A stretch of DNA of 64,000 nucleotides, taken from contig NC_135660.1 in the NCBI RefSeq assembly GCF_964188315.1, positions 42,036,001-42,100,000 on the forward strand, in the 5' to 3' direction. Position numbers and translations under genes: made by a program. Source of the stretch: Podarcis muralis. Taxonomy: Eukaryota. Shown here piece after piece: positions 51,401 through 63,103 of the stretch (its first letter is position 1; every line of letters starts with the position of its first letter). The notes beneath the pieces are model-generated. The model did not search any database. It was not told the DNA's origin and was given only the letters and a program-made list of their open reading frames with translations.

Positions 51401-54400
51401 CATGGGGAAAACCACATGCAGACTGCGAGAAGCCTCCACACAGCAGGTTACCCTTCAAAGACTGGTTCACATGCTTCCTTTCACATAGTAAAATCCATGT
51501 CAACTCTAGTCATCCCCTTGCTGTGGTTGATCTTGTATAGCTACACTTACTGTGTGTGCTGTTACACTTACTAGCCAATGTTTTCACTGGGACTGGACAG
51601 GTCTGGGTTTTTTAAATTCTCAGTGTGAAGCAATACAACAAACCTGCGGCCATGCAGATTATGCAGGACTACAACTCCCATCATCCCTGACCCTTGGGCC
51701 ATGCTGGCTGGGGATGATGGGAGTTGTAGTGGCGACACAGGTTTCATCATCCCTGCAACAAAATGCTAATTTTTCTGGGCTACGTTTCTCCACTCTTTCA
51801 ACACAACAATGTTCAACAAGACTTGCAGCCCTAACATGGCAGCCAATGGCTCCCAGGTGGCCCTAAGCGTCTGCCAGCATCTTTTGACTTGGAGAACCAT
51901 TTAACTCTTTTCAGCACCTACTAAAAATATTCTTGTTTAGATAAGTCTACCCAGGTGCTTAGAAAGTTGAGGTAATTTTAATCTGCTTTAGTATTTTAAC
52001 TCTTGTATGTTTTAAAGCATAGCTGTAAACCTTTCCTTTTTTAAAAAAAAATCTTTTTGTAAACCGATTTTTTGTTTTTTTACAATCATGTGGTGTAGAA
52101 ATTTTTATGAAATAAATAAATAACGTCTCATACACAAGCTAAATAACTAATACTCAAAGGTCAGTCTCACTCCAAGGAAGAACATTGTGATAATGAAAGG
52201 GAACAGGACCTGGAAGAAGCAAGTCAAGTGTTTATTCATTCTGATTTATGGGTACCCTGCTCAGAAGCTGTGGAGATATAGCACATGTTTCATACTACAC
52301 CGAACCCTGCAAATGAATCATCACTGATCTGAATTAGACACAGAGAATGATTATTTAATATACAGATCTTTGTTCTAAAATTCAAGGTAGCTAGAGACCA
52401 AATGCACTCTCCTTTCAAACCCACATCTTTTACTTTCTCAAATAAGCTTTTTATTTTCTGAATAAATACTTTTTAACCCAGGCAAACACTGGTGCCTGCG
52501 ATAAAAACCCTAAGCACCTTAGGGAGAAGTTGCACTTGAATTCAGAATTAAAGGTATTTATTTTAATTGCATTACTATTGAAAATCCACTCATGCCTGCA
52601 ACATCAACCAACTTGTAATACAAGCTACCACCATCTTGGTACCATCTCAGCCTTCCCCCCCAGTCCCTGCGGCTCTGACCAGGGAGATGCCTGCACCTCA
52701 TCCTTCACCTGTTTGTAATGATGAATCAAGGCTGCACTGGTCATGCTTCCCCGGAAGTAGCAAGGCGTCACCACGAGGGCAGCGTCTGCACCCTTGTCAG
52801 CCATTTGTGCTGTCATCTCAATGGTGCCCCGAGTTGCTAAAGGAAGGAGGACAAAGAGGATAAATGGATAAAAATAATAAATGGGTTTTAAGAGGCCTGT
52901 GGGACCAAAGGATGGGCTCAGTGAGATTAAGTGGCTCCAAGAACCAGAGATAGAAGCAGGGGATAGAAAATGCCTATATAAGATCATTGCTCAGCTCTAG
53001 CATCTTCATTCAGGATGTGGTGCGGCTGGAGAATGGCATCCTCTGGGCCCCATCCCCTGCATGCTGCTCACATTCACATCCGGTACCAGCCAGCAGGAGC
53101 TTATCCTTGGGCATAGCTTGGCGCACCCGTCTCACCACTTCCAGGCGTTCTTGTTGAGTCAGGTAGGGAAATTCCCCATTGGAACCCTGCACCACAAAAC
53201 CTGCAAAGAGAGAGAGAGAGAGAGTTGGCAATGGGTTTCTGTTTCCACCATGGGGAACTCAGCCATTTTCATTTCAAGAGTTTATGTTCTGCTTTTAAGC
53301 AAAGCAACAGAGAAACGCCAAAACCTAAAAACACTAAAATTGTGTGTGTGTGAAAGAAGAGGTGCCAGAACTCACCATGAACGTCTCCCTTGTTCTCTTA
53401 TAATGGCAATGGCACCCAACTAAGTTCTGGCTGAAAAAAAGCGTGCTCTGTCTGTGTGTGTGTGTGTGTGTGTGTGTGGAGATACCGATATAGCTATATA
53501 GAGAGAGATATATATATAACATGATAAAATGTAAAACAAATGAACACGAACAAAACAAGCCAAATAGCAGTAGAAAACAATAAAGCAGCAGTGAATAAAA
53601 CTAGAAGAACTAGGAGTGGAGTAGGAACCCCGATGAATTTTTTAAAAGTGTTAACCTGTATTTTAAACAATAATTGTGCAAAAAGGACTCCATAAATCTG
53701 CTTGGGGAGGGTGCCAACACTGAGGTCTCTCTCCCCAGCTGCTGTACCTCTAATGGCAAGAGAAAGTCCCATGCAGCCAATATTAAAATCAGGTATTATC
53801 CAGCACCCTGGTTCCAGGCTATTTACAGCTTTAAATGTCAACACCCTCATGACAGGGAATTAATTGTGCCTGGAATTTTCCTGGTAGCCAGTGCTGAACT
53901 TTTAAAATGGACAAGGTATGTTCACAGGAACATGTTCCAGGCAACAGTCTAGCTCATGAAGTGTGCCTCCGGGGGTAAAGTCAAACCACTGGAGAATCAC
54001 AGCGCCTGCTGTGGCTGCAGAGACTGGTAACTCGTAACTGCTTCCTCCTAGCTGCTGTAATTTGAGCATATTGAAGATTTGATGAAGTCTTCAAAGACAG
54101 CCCCACATCGAGCACATGACAGTAGTCTAACCAGGATGTTACCGGAGCTGCAGTCTGGTGATCTAAGAGTGGGCTTGGCCACAAAGTCAATAAGGTGGTA
54201 AGTAAGCAACCAAATGAAGACTCCTGTCTCACAGCTATAACAACAGTTGAGTTACAGAAGCTTTCTACTCTTGCCTGCCAAACCATGTCCAAACCCCCAG
54301 GAGAAGAAAATCATGCTGGGCAGCATTAGTGACTTCTTCCTGGCAGGGCTCCTGTGCCTTTAGCAGCTGTATTTCAGACAGAAATCAAACAGGTAAGGCT

Positions 54401-56333
54401 ATAAAAGCAGGGATGGGGAACTGTCAGTAACATAGTAACTACACTTGGAAAAGGGCAGTCACTGTAATTGGATAGGTGGTGAACCAGGACCTTTTCGGAA
54501 AAAATGCCTGGGCATGTGGAATCCAGGAAGTATGGCAGCCGGTTACTGGCAGGGTATCCATGCAAAGTTGTCCTCTGCTAGTGAAGACTAGGATAGCATC
54601 ATTGGGGGGAGGGGAAGGAAAAATACGCCAAAAATGCAGTTTCCTCCCCCATCTCCTGCAGAGCGTTAAAGGATGGCCAAAGTTCGTGCGGGCAGCCATG
54701 TGTGTCTTTGAAGAAATAGCATAGTTGACAATTCAGCTGTGTACCCCTTTCCTATTTACTGGAAAAGGTCCCGCTGGATGAAACAAGTAAATGGAAGGCT
54801 TGGTTTTGCTCTGTTAAATTGTCACCACTGGAGAAGTAGCGGTGCTAGCTCTGAAGGACCTTTCAGTACAGTATGTGCATCCAGCACACACACCCCCTCC
54901 AGCTGGCTGGGAATAACTGTGCCTACAATACAGTGAAACCACTTGCTTATCCATTTTTCCTGCAAAACGTTCTGTGCCTTTATCAGCTTCAGGGCAGAAG
55001 GTCTCGCAAGACACGTTGCATTTCTGTGTATCAGGTAGCTCTTAAAGGCATTGAGATTTTTTTTTGTTTCTCTTTCCAGAGTTATAGCGAAGGTGGCCCT
55101 AGTTCACTGTGAACCTGCCTTCCAGGATGCAACAAGATCTCCACAAATCTGTTTGGAGAGGATATTCCAAGAATTGGGGTCCTTATTCCTAGCTACCTTA
55201 CTATTGAATGAAGAGCAATTCCTCTCAAAGAGCTACACTTCACAGAGCTCCCCCATGAAGAGGGATTTGTCTTAAACCATTCTGGAAACAGTAGCTCTGG
55301 GAGGGGAACAGGGGTCTCCTAAGTACTCTTAGGAAGGCCTGCACAGCCATTGGGTAGGGTGAGGTCACTGCCTCAGGCGGTGAAAGCCCCGAGGCAGCAT
55401 CTTTGTGGGTCTGTCCCACCACCATCCGCCAGTGAAGTGGCACCAACACCAGTGCAGACTTTGGGAGAGATCGCACAGATTTCAGGCAATATCTCACTGA
55501 AATTGTGTGAGATCTCACACAATTTTTGCCAGATCTCGCTGGAAATTGGCACGACTTCACCCAAAATCCGTGCCAATGCCAGCACCATTTCTCCAGCCAG
55601 GAGCAGACTGGAGTAATCTTTCGTAATATGGCGCTCTGTGTGAGGCCTAAATTGGGTGCCCCAAAATGGATCTTCTCAATTATGGATTTTCTCAGTTTTG
55701 CACCCCCTCGGCTCAGCACCGTGTGCAGGGGAATCCAGCACTGCTCCAGTAGGGCTGGGAGGGCAGGTAGCAGCGGGGTAGGGCAGCATGTCTCCTTTCG
55801 CCTCAAATGACTAAACGAGAGGCGCTGCCCGTCACTCTCTGCACCTCTAGCCAACCACAGCTCTCGGGATTATTTGGGGAGAACGATGACTGTTCCAAGT
55901 GGCATCATAGCGCTTTAAATGAATGGTGTGGATATGTAGTCAACAGCGTTGCCAACGCCCCCGGAACCCCACAGGAACAAACTGCGACCCACATCCGTCT
56001 CCAGAAAGTAGAAAGTTGCTGCAGCATCCGCCCTCTCCACTCTCCGCCCGCTGCTCTGCCTCGCCTGCCGACCCTACCTCGGAAGGGAATCCCGGAGTAG
56101 AGGCGCAGGTTCTCCTCCAGCCGGCTGTAATCTACCTCTCCCTGCGAGGTGAACGGGGTGGCCAGGGGCGGGTAGATGCCCCGCAGGTCGAGGCGCCGGG
56201 GGGGTGTCGCTGCCGAGGCCCCCGCGGCAAACCTCCTGGGCGCGCTGCCCGCCCCAGTCCCCGCGGGGCGCAGGCCAGGGCCTTTTTGCCACTGCAGGCG
56301 CAGGAGCCGCGCAGCTACAGCCACCCGCACCAT
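48469..56333 (-). CDS. HOGA1: 4-hydroxy-2-oxoglutarate aldolase, mitochondrial (DHDPS-like, 342 aa); exons 56333-56078, 53200-53072, 52836-52709, 51370-51236, 50303-50207, 49819-49686, 48618-48469
   Basis: [30 protein letters not shown], Schiff-base [22 protein letters not shown]. Arg-rich presequence. GT-AG junctions; lengths 256/129/128/135/97/134/150 sum to 1029 nt. Confidence 0.97.
49992..50028 (+). repeat. (GGAA)n microsatellite in HOGA1 intron 5
   Basis: aggaaggaaggaaggaagg... Confidence 0.95.
53450..53520 (+). repeat. (GT)n plus (AG)/(AT) compound microsatellite in HOGA1 intron 1
   Basis: gtgtgtgt...gagagagatatatatat. Confidence 0.9.
53990..54250 (-). mobile_element. Degraded L2 LINE fragment in HOGA1 intron 1
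   Basis: Translates [32 protein letters not shown], matching the L2 RT C-terminal motif (VTSRLDYCN...GLP...LQ..QN.AAR). Confidence 0.8.
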
Positions 56334-57931
56334 GACCCTCTCGCGGCTTAGCGCTGCGCCCTGTGGGAGACGCACAACGCTTGATCGGGGGCGGGGAGAG
56401 TTGGCGAAGTCCGCCCCGTCGGCGTGGGGTGGGAGTCCAAGCAGAGCGGACTCGCCGCACCATGAAACCCTTCTCAAACTCGAAGAGAGGAGTGGAAGCA
56501 GCTCCGTCAGCTGGATCCTGATAGGAAGCCAAGTCGTATGCCCTGTTCCCAAACTTTGCAGGTGCAGACAGTATGGAGAGTGGAATTGTTCATGACTGCC
56601 CCATGCCACCCTGAGCATAAATGCATAATAAAAGGATGTTTGGAGGGGCCCCAAATCCCACCCGCCAATCTGCTTTTCTTTCAGCTAGCAGGGGTGAAGG
56701 ATTGGGGGCGGGGCTGTGGGTTTGTTGGGAATTCTGGTTTTGGTAATTCATCCATCTGTTTGAACGTTTTAGATTGCAGGCCTAAAGATACTTATTAGGG
56801 AGAAAGCCTCATTATGTACACTCTAAGACTTCTGAGTAGACATGTATAGGACTATGCCGTCAATGTGCTGTTTCGGCTTTATGAAATGTGGTGTTATATC
56901 TATTATGTATGTGTGTGGAACATGCTTTAGTCTTCTTAGGAGGAAGAGGAGTTTGCTGTCCTAATATTAGGCACCAGGAATTTCTATACCTTGAACAGCA
57001 GATCTTATCTCCATTTGCTGAGCCAGTTTAGCATTAGTTGCCCTGTTCACCCCAGATCCCCTAGAAGTTGGTATTTAACATGCCACATGTTTGTATTGCG
57101 TGTGTGCCATGTAGAGGAGATGGGGTTTGGGGCAGATATATTATTGCCAGCTACTGTAGTTAGCGAGTAGATACACAGGAAGGAGGTTCTGGGTATAGAC
57201 AACAAAAGACTCTGCAAAGATCTGCATGTAGACGGTTATATGAGCCTGCCGGGCCTCCATTGATTCTTTCACCATTCCTTCCTTCCTGGAATAGCTTTTG
57301 ATTTGCAGCCAGTTTTCATCTCCAGTCATTCAATCACAGCAGCTCAGATCAGGCCCACGCTGAGGTTTTTGCTGCTGCTCAGGCTCCGAGCCTTTCCCAC
57401 TACTTGAGGAAAGATGCACTGTTTCATTAGAATCCCTAGGAGATGCTTTGAATCTTGACTTCCACATATGCTCAACCCCACCACCCCTATGCAACAGAGT
57501 GCACACAGTTTTGGACTGTAGCATCTCATGGGCAAAATTGCCATTGTGCACCTATCTGAATAATATGGAGCTGGATCAAATAGGTATTGTGGGTAGCTCA
57601 GCTCAGTTGGACCTAGTGGATATAAAATTAGCACTTGTTTACCTAAGAAAGTCCCTGCTCCTGTAACAGCTGTGGGGCTGGCAAAAATGTCACACATGAG
57701 GCTGATAGGAGCAAGACTTGCTGAATTTCTGCCCGTTACACACTTCTAAAGGAGTGGGTCACCTTCATCCCTCCAGAAGTTGTTGAACTCCACTTCCCAT
57801 AGTTATGCTGGCTGGGGCTGATGGGCCCTGGAGCCCCACAGTATGTGCAGAGCCACAAGTTAGTCACCTCCTGCTTCACAGCAACCCAAAGAGGACATCA
57901 GATTCCCGCGGGTTTTTCGTTTGCTTGGTTC

Positions 57932-57937
57932 TTTATT
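57932..57937 (-). terminator. ANKRD2: Poly(A) signal of ANKRD2
   Basis: TTTATT on + (AATAAA on -), about 70 nt downstream of the ANKRD2 stop. Confidence 0.7.
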
Positions 57938-58009
57938 GAGTGTTAATGGCACAGCCTCTCCCAAGTCCAGAACCGTCCTTGCTTGGACTTCCATCTTTTG
58001 TCCGTTTGC

Positions 58010-61000
58010 TCATGCTGGCAACTCTGTTGCCTCGGGCTCTCGCTTCTCTAGCACTTCCCGCGTGTCTGCCTGCCACAGCTGCACCAGGTCGGTGGGTGTC
58101 TTCCCAGCCTGTGGAGAGACCAGCATCCTTGGGTTACAAAACTGCAGCTTCCAACCAACAGACTGCAAAAAAACTGACACAGGCAGCACCTGAAATTAAG
58201 AAAGCATGCTTCTGGGGTCTCCTCCAGACAGATTTTTATTTTATTTTTATTTTTTTGCAAATGTAGTCTGAAACATGTCACTGATACAATAATAGTGCCT
58301 TAGTGGTGGATTTATTCTGAAGCATCCACATCATTCCACTTTATTACTGTAGTTGTTCTGCAATGCTTCCACAATGATATCACTTTGCACTATAGCACCC
58401 TTGCACTATAGCACAGGGAAAGCAGGGGGGAAGCCCTAAACCAAGAGCATCTGGGGTATAGCAGGAGACCATGAGACATGCACCATCTGGAAACAAAGCT
58501 ATATGGCTGCCCAAAAACTTCTGCAGGCAAAAGCAGAATTGAAAGTGACATCAAAGACACAAACCAGGCATAGGCAAACTTGGCCCTCCAGATGTTTTGG
58601 GACTACAACTCCCATCATCCCTGACCACTGGTCCTGTTAGGTAGGGATGGTGGGAGTTGTAGTCCCAAAACATCTGGAGGGCTGAGTTTGCCTATGCCTG
58701 GACACAAACCATGATGAATCAAAAGGACATATTGGGAAGCAAATGTACTTTGCATTAAATTAAAAAATTGTCCAGTAGCACCTTAGAAACCAACTAAGTT
58801 TGTTCTGGGTATAACAAGCTTAGTTGGTCTCTAAGGTGCTACTGGACAATTTTTTAATTTTTTAATTTCCTTTGACTGCATCAGACCAACACGGCTACCT
58901 GTACCTGAATCTAGTACTTTGCATTGTTATTCCATGCATAAGCCACAAGGGGGCAACACTCACCAGGTTTTTGGCCATCATGTCTGCCCCATGCAGAATC
59001 AGCATCTTAATGATCTTGTAGCGATTGAGGCGCACAGCATCGTGCAGGGCACTGTCTCCCTCCTGCAACAGACATGGCAGCACCACTATGTGTAAGGCAA
59101 GGACAGGCAGGTACCAGAACACTTATGCTCACTGCTCATAAGACTAGCAGAAATTGTTAGTTTATCCGCCTGCTCATCCAGTTCAGATCGATCAAGTGCT
59201 TCGAAACGAGAGTCTGGGTGCACTGAGTAGAGATAGCTTTGTGGGCAGAGATCAGTTGGTGCACTAAAGAGAGAAAAGCATGGCAAATACTGTACTATGA
59301 AAGACTTAAGCCAGCTGAACGTAAAGCCTTTCTGCGTGCCATCGACAGAGTAGGCTGCAATTTCCCCATTCTAATGGATGGAAGGTACTAACTCTGGGGA
59401 TTAGGGAATATCCATGGATGATCTCTTGGTTGGTGCATCCCTAGCTAAAATTACTAGAGAGGTATAGAACCGCTGGTATACAGGGCAGCTCAGCCTTCAA
59501 TGAAAAGAAGAGAAACGAGGACTAGGACTCAGGAATTGAAGGCAATAAGGAAGGGGATATTATTGACATTATTAAGTTAATATACCACCTTTTAAAACTT
59601 GATCTTTCCTTTTACCTTTTTTTGTTTTGTGTGCATGCATGCACCTCCCTATAGAAAGGGTTTTGTGTATCCATGCATTGTGTATTATATTTATAATCTG
59701 CCCTACCACGGACTGGTGTGATTCCTACACAAACCTGTGTGCGTGTGTACAATTACTGCCTCGACTCACATTAAGTTACTGGAATTAGATGAGCAGGGTG
59801 CACTGCAATAAGCAACCACAAAAAAGGGCCTCTTACCCGGTCACGAGAATTGACCTCCACCCCATTGTTTATCAGGTGCTCCACAATCTCCGCCATGCCA
59901 GTGCGGGTGGCCACATGCAGTGGGGTGCTGAGAAGCTGGATTTGGGCAGGTGGTGAAGACGGGAGCGAGAAAGGGGAAACATGATTTCATGTTAGTGCCC
60001 CCTGCTTCCATCATGTGCTTCATCGCGTTCTTATTGGAAGGACCTTGCATTGCTCCAGAACAGAGCCACTTTCCTGAATAGCTGCAAGATCCCACAGTCC
60101 CTTAAAACCTCCTTCTTTCCACTCCTCCCGCACAAATCTCCTTCCCCCACAACTGTCTGCTTGCCGAGTTCCTCCCACAGTGCTGTTCTCCCACCATGAA
60201 CCAAATCCTGGACTCCCCACCTTCCTCACCTTGTCCTTGACATTGAGATTGGATCCTTTCTCCTGCAGCAGCTTCACCACGTCCAGATGTCCTCCTCGGC
60301 AGGCCCAGTGCATGGCTGTGGAGTCCAGCTGTTGCCAAGCAGTACACATCCATCAGAAGAGGAGAACCTCTCCCTCCTGCACCTGTGTTCACCCCCTTCC
60401 TTCCCTGCCCCAAACCCTTTTGAGATTCATGCAACTGCATCTCCTAGCGTTACTTAAATAAACAAAGCTGTAGTGGTCATGTAGGATTGCTATGAGGAAT
60501 TATGAAAAATGAAGCAAGCCATTGTGTCAGCGGTGAAAGCATCGCTTTGACTGGGTTTGGGTCATCAACATGATTTCTGATCAATCCCACAAGCCTCTGC
60601 ATCTCTGCCCCATTTTCTCTATGCCTGACAGTCACATGGAAAGCATTCTGCACAGACCAGTTGCTTACCAGGCATCCTGGGTGCATAAAAATAAGGAGGT
60701 AGCTTTGAAGGAGGTAGCTTTTGGTAATCTTTAGGTAGATCTTAGGGCCAGGAACAGAGTTCACATGGAGGTGGTAAAATGCCTGCATTTCCTTTTACTG
60801 TGGGTTATTACCTCCGGGGTTTACCAAATGCATTCCTCCTTGGCTCCTGTTTATTTAGCCTAAACATGTATGCATGCTCAAATAGTAAATAGTTCTTTGT
60901 AGTTAAGAGGCTTCCTCTGATCTGACTTTGTCCCCACGTAGGGTTTTTTTGAAATGCTCAGAGGAAATCTGATTGGTTCTTACAAACGCTGTGTTAAAGT

Positions 61001-63103
61001 TCTTTTGTGAATAAAAATGACCTGGGCCAGGGAGTGGGATGCACTTTCTCCCAGGGTCTTGCTGGTCAAGCCTCGTGTCTATTGTATTAATCAGGGTCCA
61101 GTCCTTCCTTTGCTTTCAGAATGCCAGTCTTTTTTTTCTTTTACCTGGAGCACCCAGTAAATGCTACCCCTGTACCAGAGAGAGGAAACTGATAGTAGTG
61201 GCTTAGGAGAAGCATATATGGGCATAGATGGAGATAGCAGGGTGGTGGTGGTGGGGAATGAGCAGACACAGATACAGAATGATGCAATGAAGGGTTATCT
61301 TACTCGATCTCTGAAGTCGACAGTGGCTCCATGGGACAAAAGCTTCTCTGCGATCTCCACATACCCCTCAAGTGAGGCACGGTGCAATGCTGTCCTGCGG
61401 AACTAAGTGAAGGACAGAATTAGGGCTTCTTCACATGACATAGTGATTGAGCAGTGTTGGTGCTGACCATTAAAGCCCTAAACAGCCTCGGTCCTGTATA
61501 CCTGAAGGAGCGTCTCCACCACCCATCATCCAACCCGGACACTGAGGACCAGCGCTGAAGGCCTTCTGGTGGTTCCCTCACTGCAAGAAGTGAGGTTACA
61601 GGGAACCAGGCAGAGGGCCTTCTCGGTAGTGGCACCCGCCCTGTGGAACGCCCTCCCAGCAGATGTCAAGGCAATAAACAACTATTTTACTTTTAAAAGA
61701 CAACTGAAGGCGGCCCTGTTTAGGGAAGTTTTCAATGTCTGACGCTGTATTGCTTTTAATATTCGGTTGGAAGCCGCCCAGAGTAGCTGGGGAAACCCAG
61801 CCAGATGGGTGGGGTATAAATAATAAATTATTATTATATTATTATTATCCTGATTTGCTTGCAGAAGCCACACACACCCCGACACACCCCACACCAATAC
61901 TCTGCTGTAAGCCTTATCCCAAGTGTGGAGATGGTTGGTTCTCTGAATAGGGTGATGGCATTTGAAGGCATTTCATGAAAAGAACAAGCTCTGCTCCCTG
62001 CGTCATACCTCATCGCAGGCGTTTGGGGATCCTCCGTCTGCCAGGAACTTGTCCACCACATGCGCCTTGCCTTGCACAGCTGCTTTCAAGAAGTCCTCTT
62101 CCGTCACAGGGCCCGTCTGCAGGGGAAAGGGTCGACGCTGCAGTGGGTGTTGCAAAAGCTCTGAAAGCCCACGGCGAGGAGCTTGGACCATTTTAGAAGC
62201 TTCTTTTTGTAAACAATCAAGCGGCATATAAATTGTAGGAAACGAACCATAAAAATGAATAAAATTTCATCACAAAGGCTTTTCCGAAAAAAGGAGCAGT
62301 GGCATAGCTATCCCTGATCCCATGGGATGGGGTATGCATTTCGAGAGGGCTCTGGGAGCACGACTAGCTCTCTGCAGGGTGAGCATTGGAGATGGGGGTC
62401 CTTGGGCACCTGCCCACCCCCCAGCAGGGTCTCCTCCACCACCCGCAACCGCTGAAGCCCCTGGGCTCTGTGGCTGTTGCTGCTCTTCCTCCTTACTGAT
62501 GCTGCCAGTATGCAAGTGAGCAGGGATAAGAGCAAGGAGGAGAGAGCAGGAGGCCCAGCACACTCTGCCCTCTCCCTCCAGACTGCCGGGTAGATGGTGG
62601 CCAAAGGGAGAGGGCAATCAAGTGGGCAGAGGCAACAACAGCGACAGCAAAGAGGGCCCCACTCATGGGACCTTGCCCAAGGACTCCTCCCTGGGGGAAG
62701 AGCTGTTGAGCACCTGGTATCTCCAAGCAGGACCAGGAATGTCCCCCTGTCTGAAACTTGGGGAGGATGCTGCCAGCCAGAGTAGGTGATACTGAACTAG
62801 GTGGAGCCAACAAGCCCACTCAGTATAAGGCAACTCCCTTATACTGGAGCTATGCCATCTTGCTTCTGCTGCTCCTGGGTGAATCTCAGGCTCTCCCTGC
62901 TGCTGCCTCTGTAGTCCCTTCCCCCCCTCCCACTTATAGACGCTCCGCCCACCCCTTACAATCTCCTCTGGCTCAGGCTCTGGTTTCTTCTCCTCTTTTT
63001 TCTTCTTAGGCTTTTTGCGCAACTCGAAGAGGTATTGTGTGCCACCAACTTGGATGATCTCTCGTCTCAGGTCCACAGAGCTCTTCCGCACCCTTTCCTG
63101 GCC
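58010..63103 (-). CDS. ANKRD2: Ankyrin repeat domain-containing protein 2 (muscle ankyrin repeat protein), 5'-incomplete; exons 63103-62960, 62116-62009, 61402-61304, 60328-60230, 59935-59837, 59062-58964, 58108-58010
   Basis: [17 protein letters not shown]...[21 protein letters not shown], four 99-nt ankyrin exons ([58 protein letters not shown]), last exon [17 protein letters not shown]...*. Phase-0 GT-AG introns; synteny with HOGA1 favours ANKRD2 over ANKRD1/ANKRD23. Confidence 0.95.
58565..58700. mobile_element. Fold-back hAT/URR1-like MITE
   Basis: caggcataggcaaact...ccctccagatgttttgggactacaactcccatcatccc / gggatggtgggagttgtagtcccaaaacatctggaggg...agtttgcctatgcctg; flanked by direct repeat gacacaaac. 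Confidence 0.88.
58757..58913. mobile_element. Penelope-like element remnant with inverted terminal structure and 12-bp TSD
   Basis: 48-bp arms 58757-58804 and 58813-58860 (2 mismatches); tail tcagaccaacacggctacctgtacctgaatcta; TSD gtactttgcatt at 58745-58756 and 58914-58925. Family assignment from recall. Confidence 0.7.
61452..61847 (+). mobile_element. L2 LINE 3' end, relatively intact, in an ANKRD2 intron
   Basis: [21 protein letters not shown], then gagggccttctcggtagtggcacccgccctgtggaacgccctccc...aagccgcccagagt...ggggtataaataataaattattattat tail. Confidence 0.88.

Noticed and set aside
56334-56654. In-frame upstream extension of the HOGA1 ORF (upstream ATG at 56618)
   Set aside because: It would bury the mitochondrial presequence behind 95 unrelated residues. 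The ATG at 56333 has good context (gtcATGG), and the upstream region looks like promoter.
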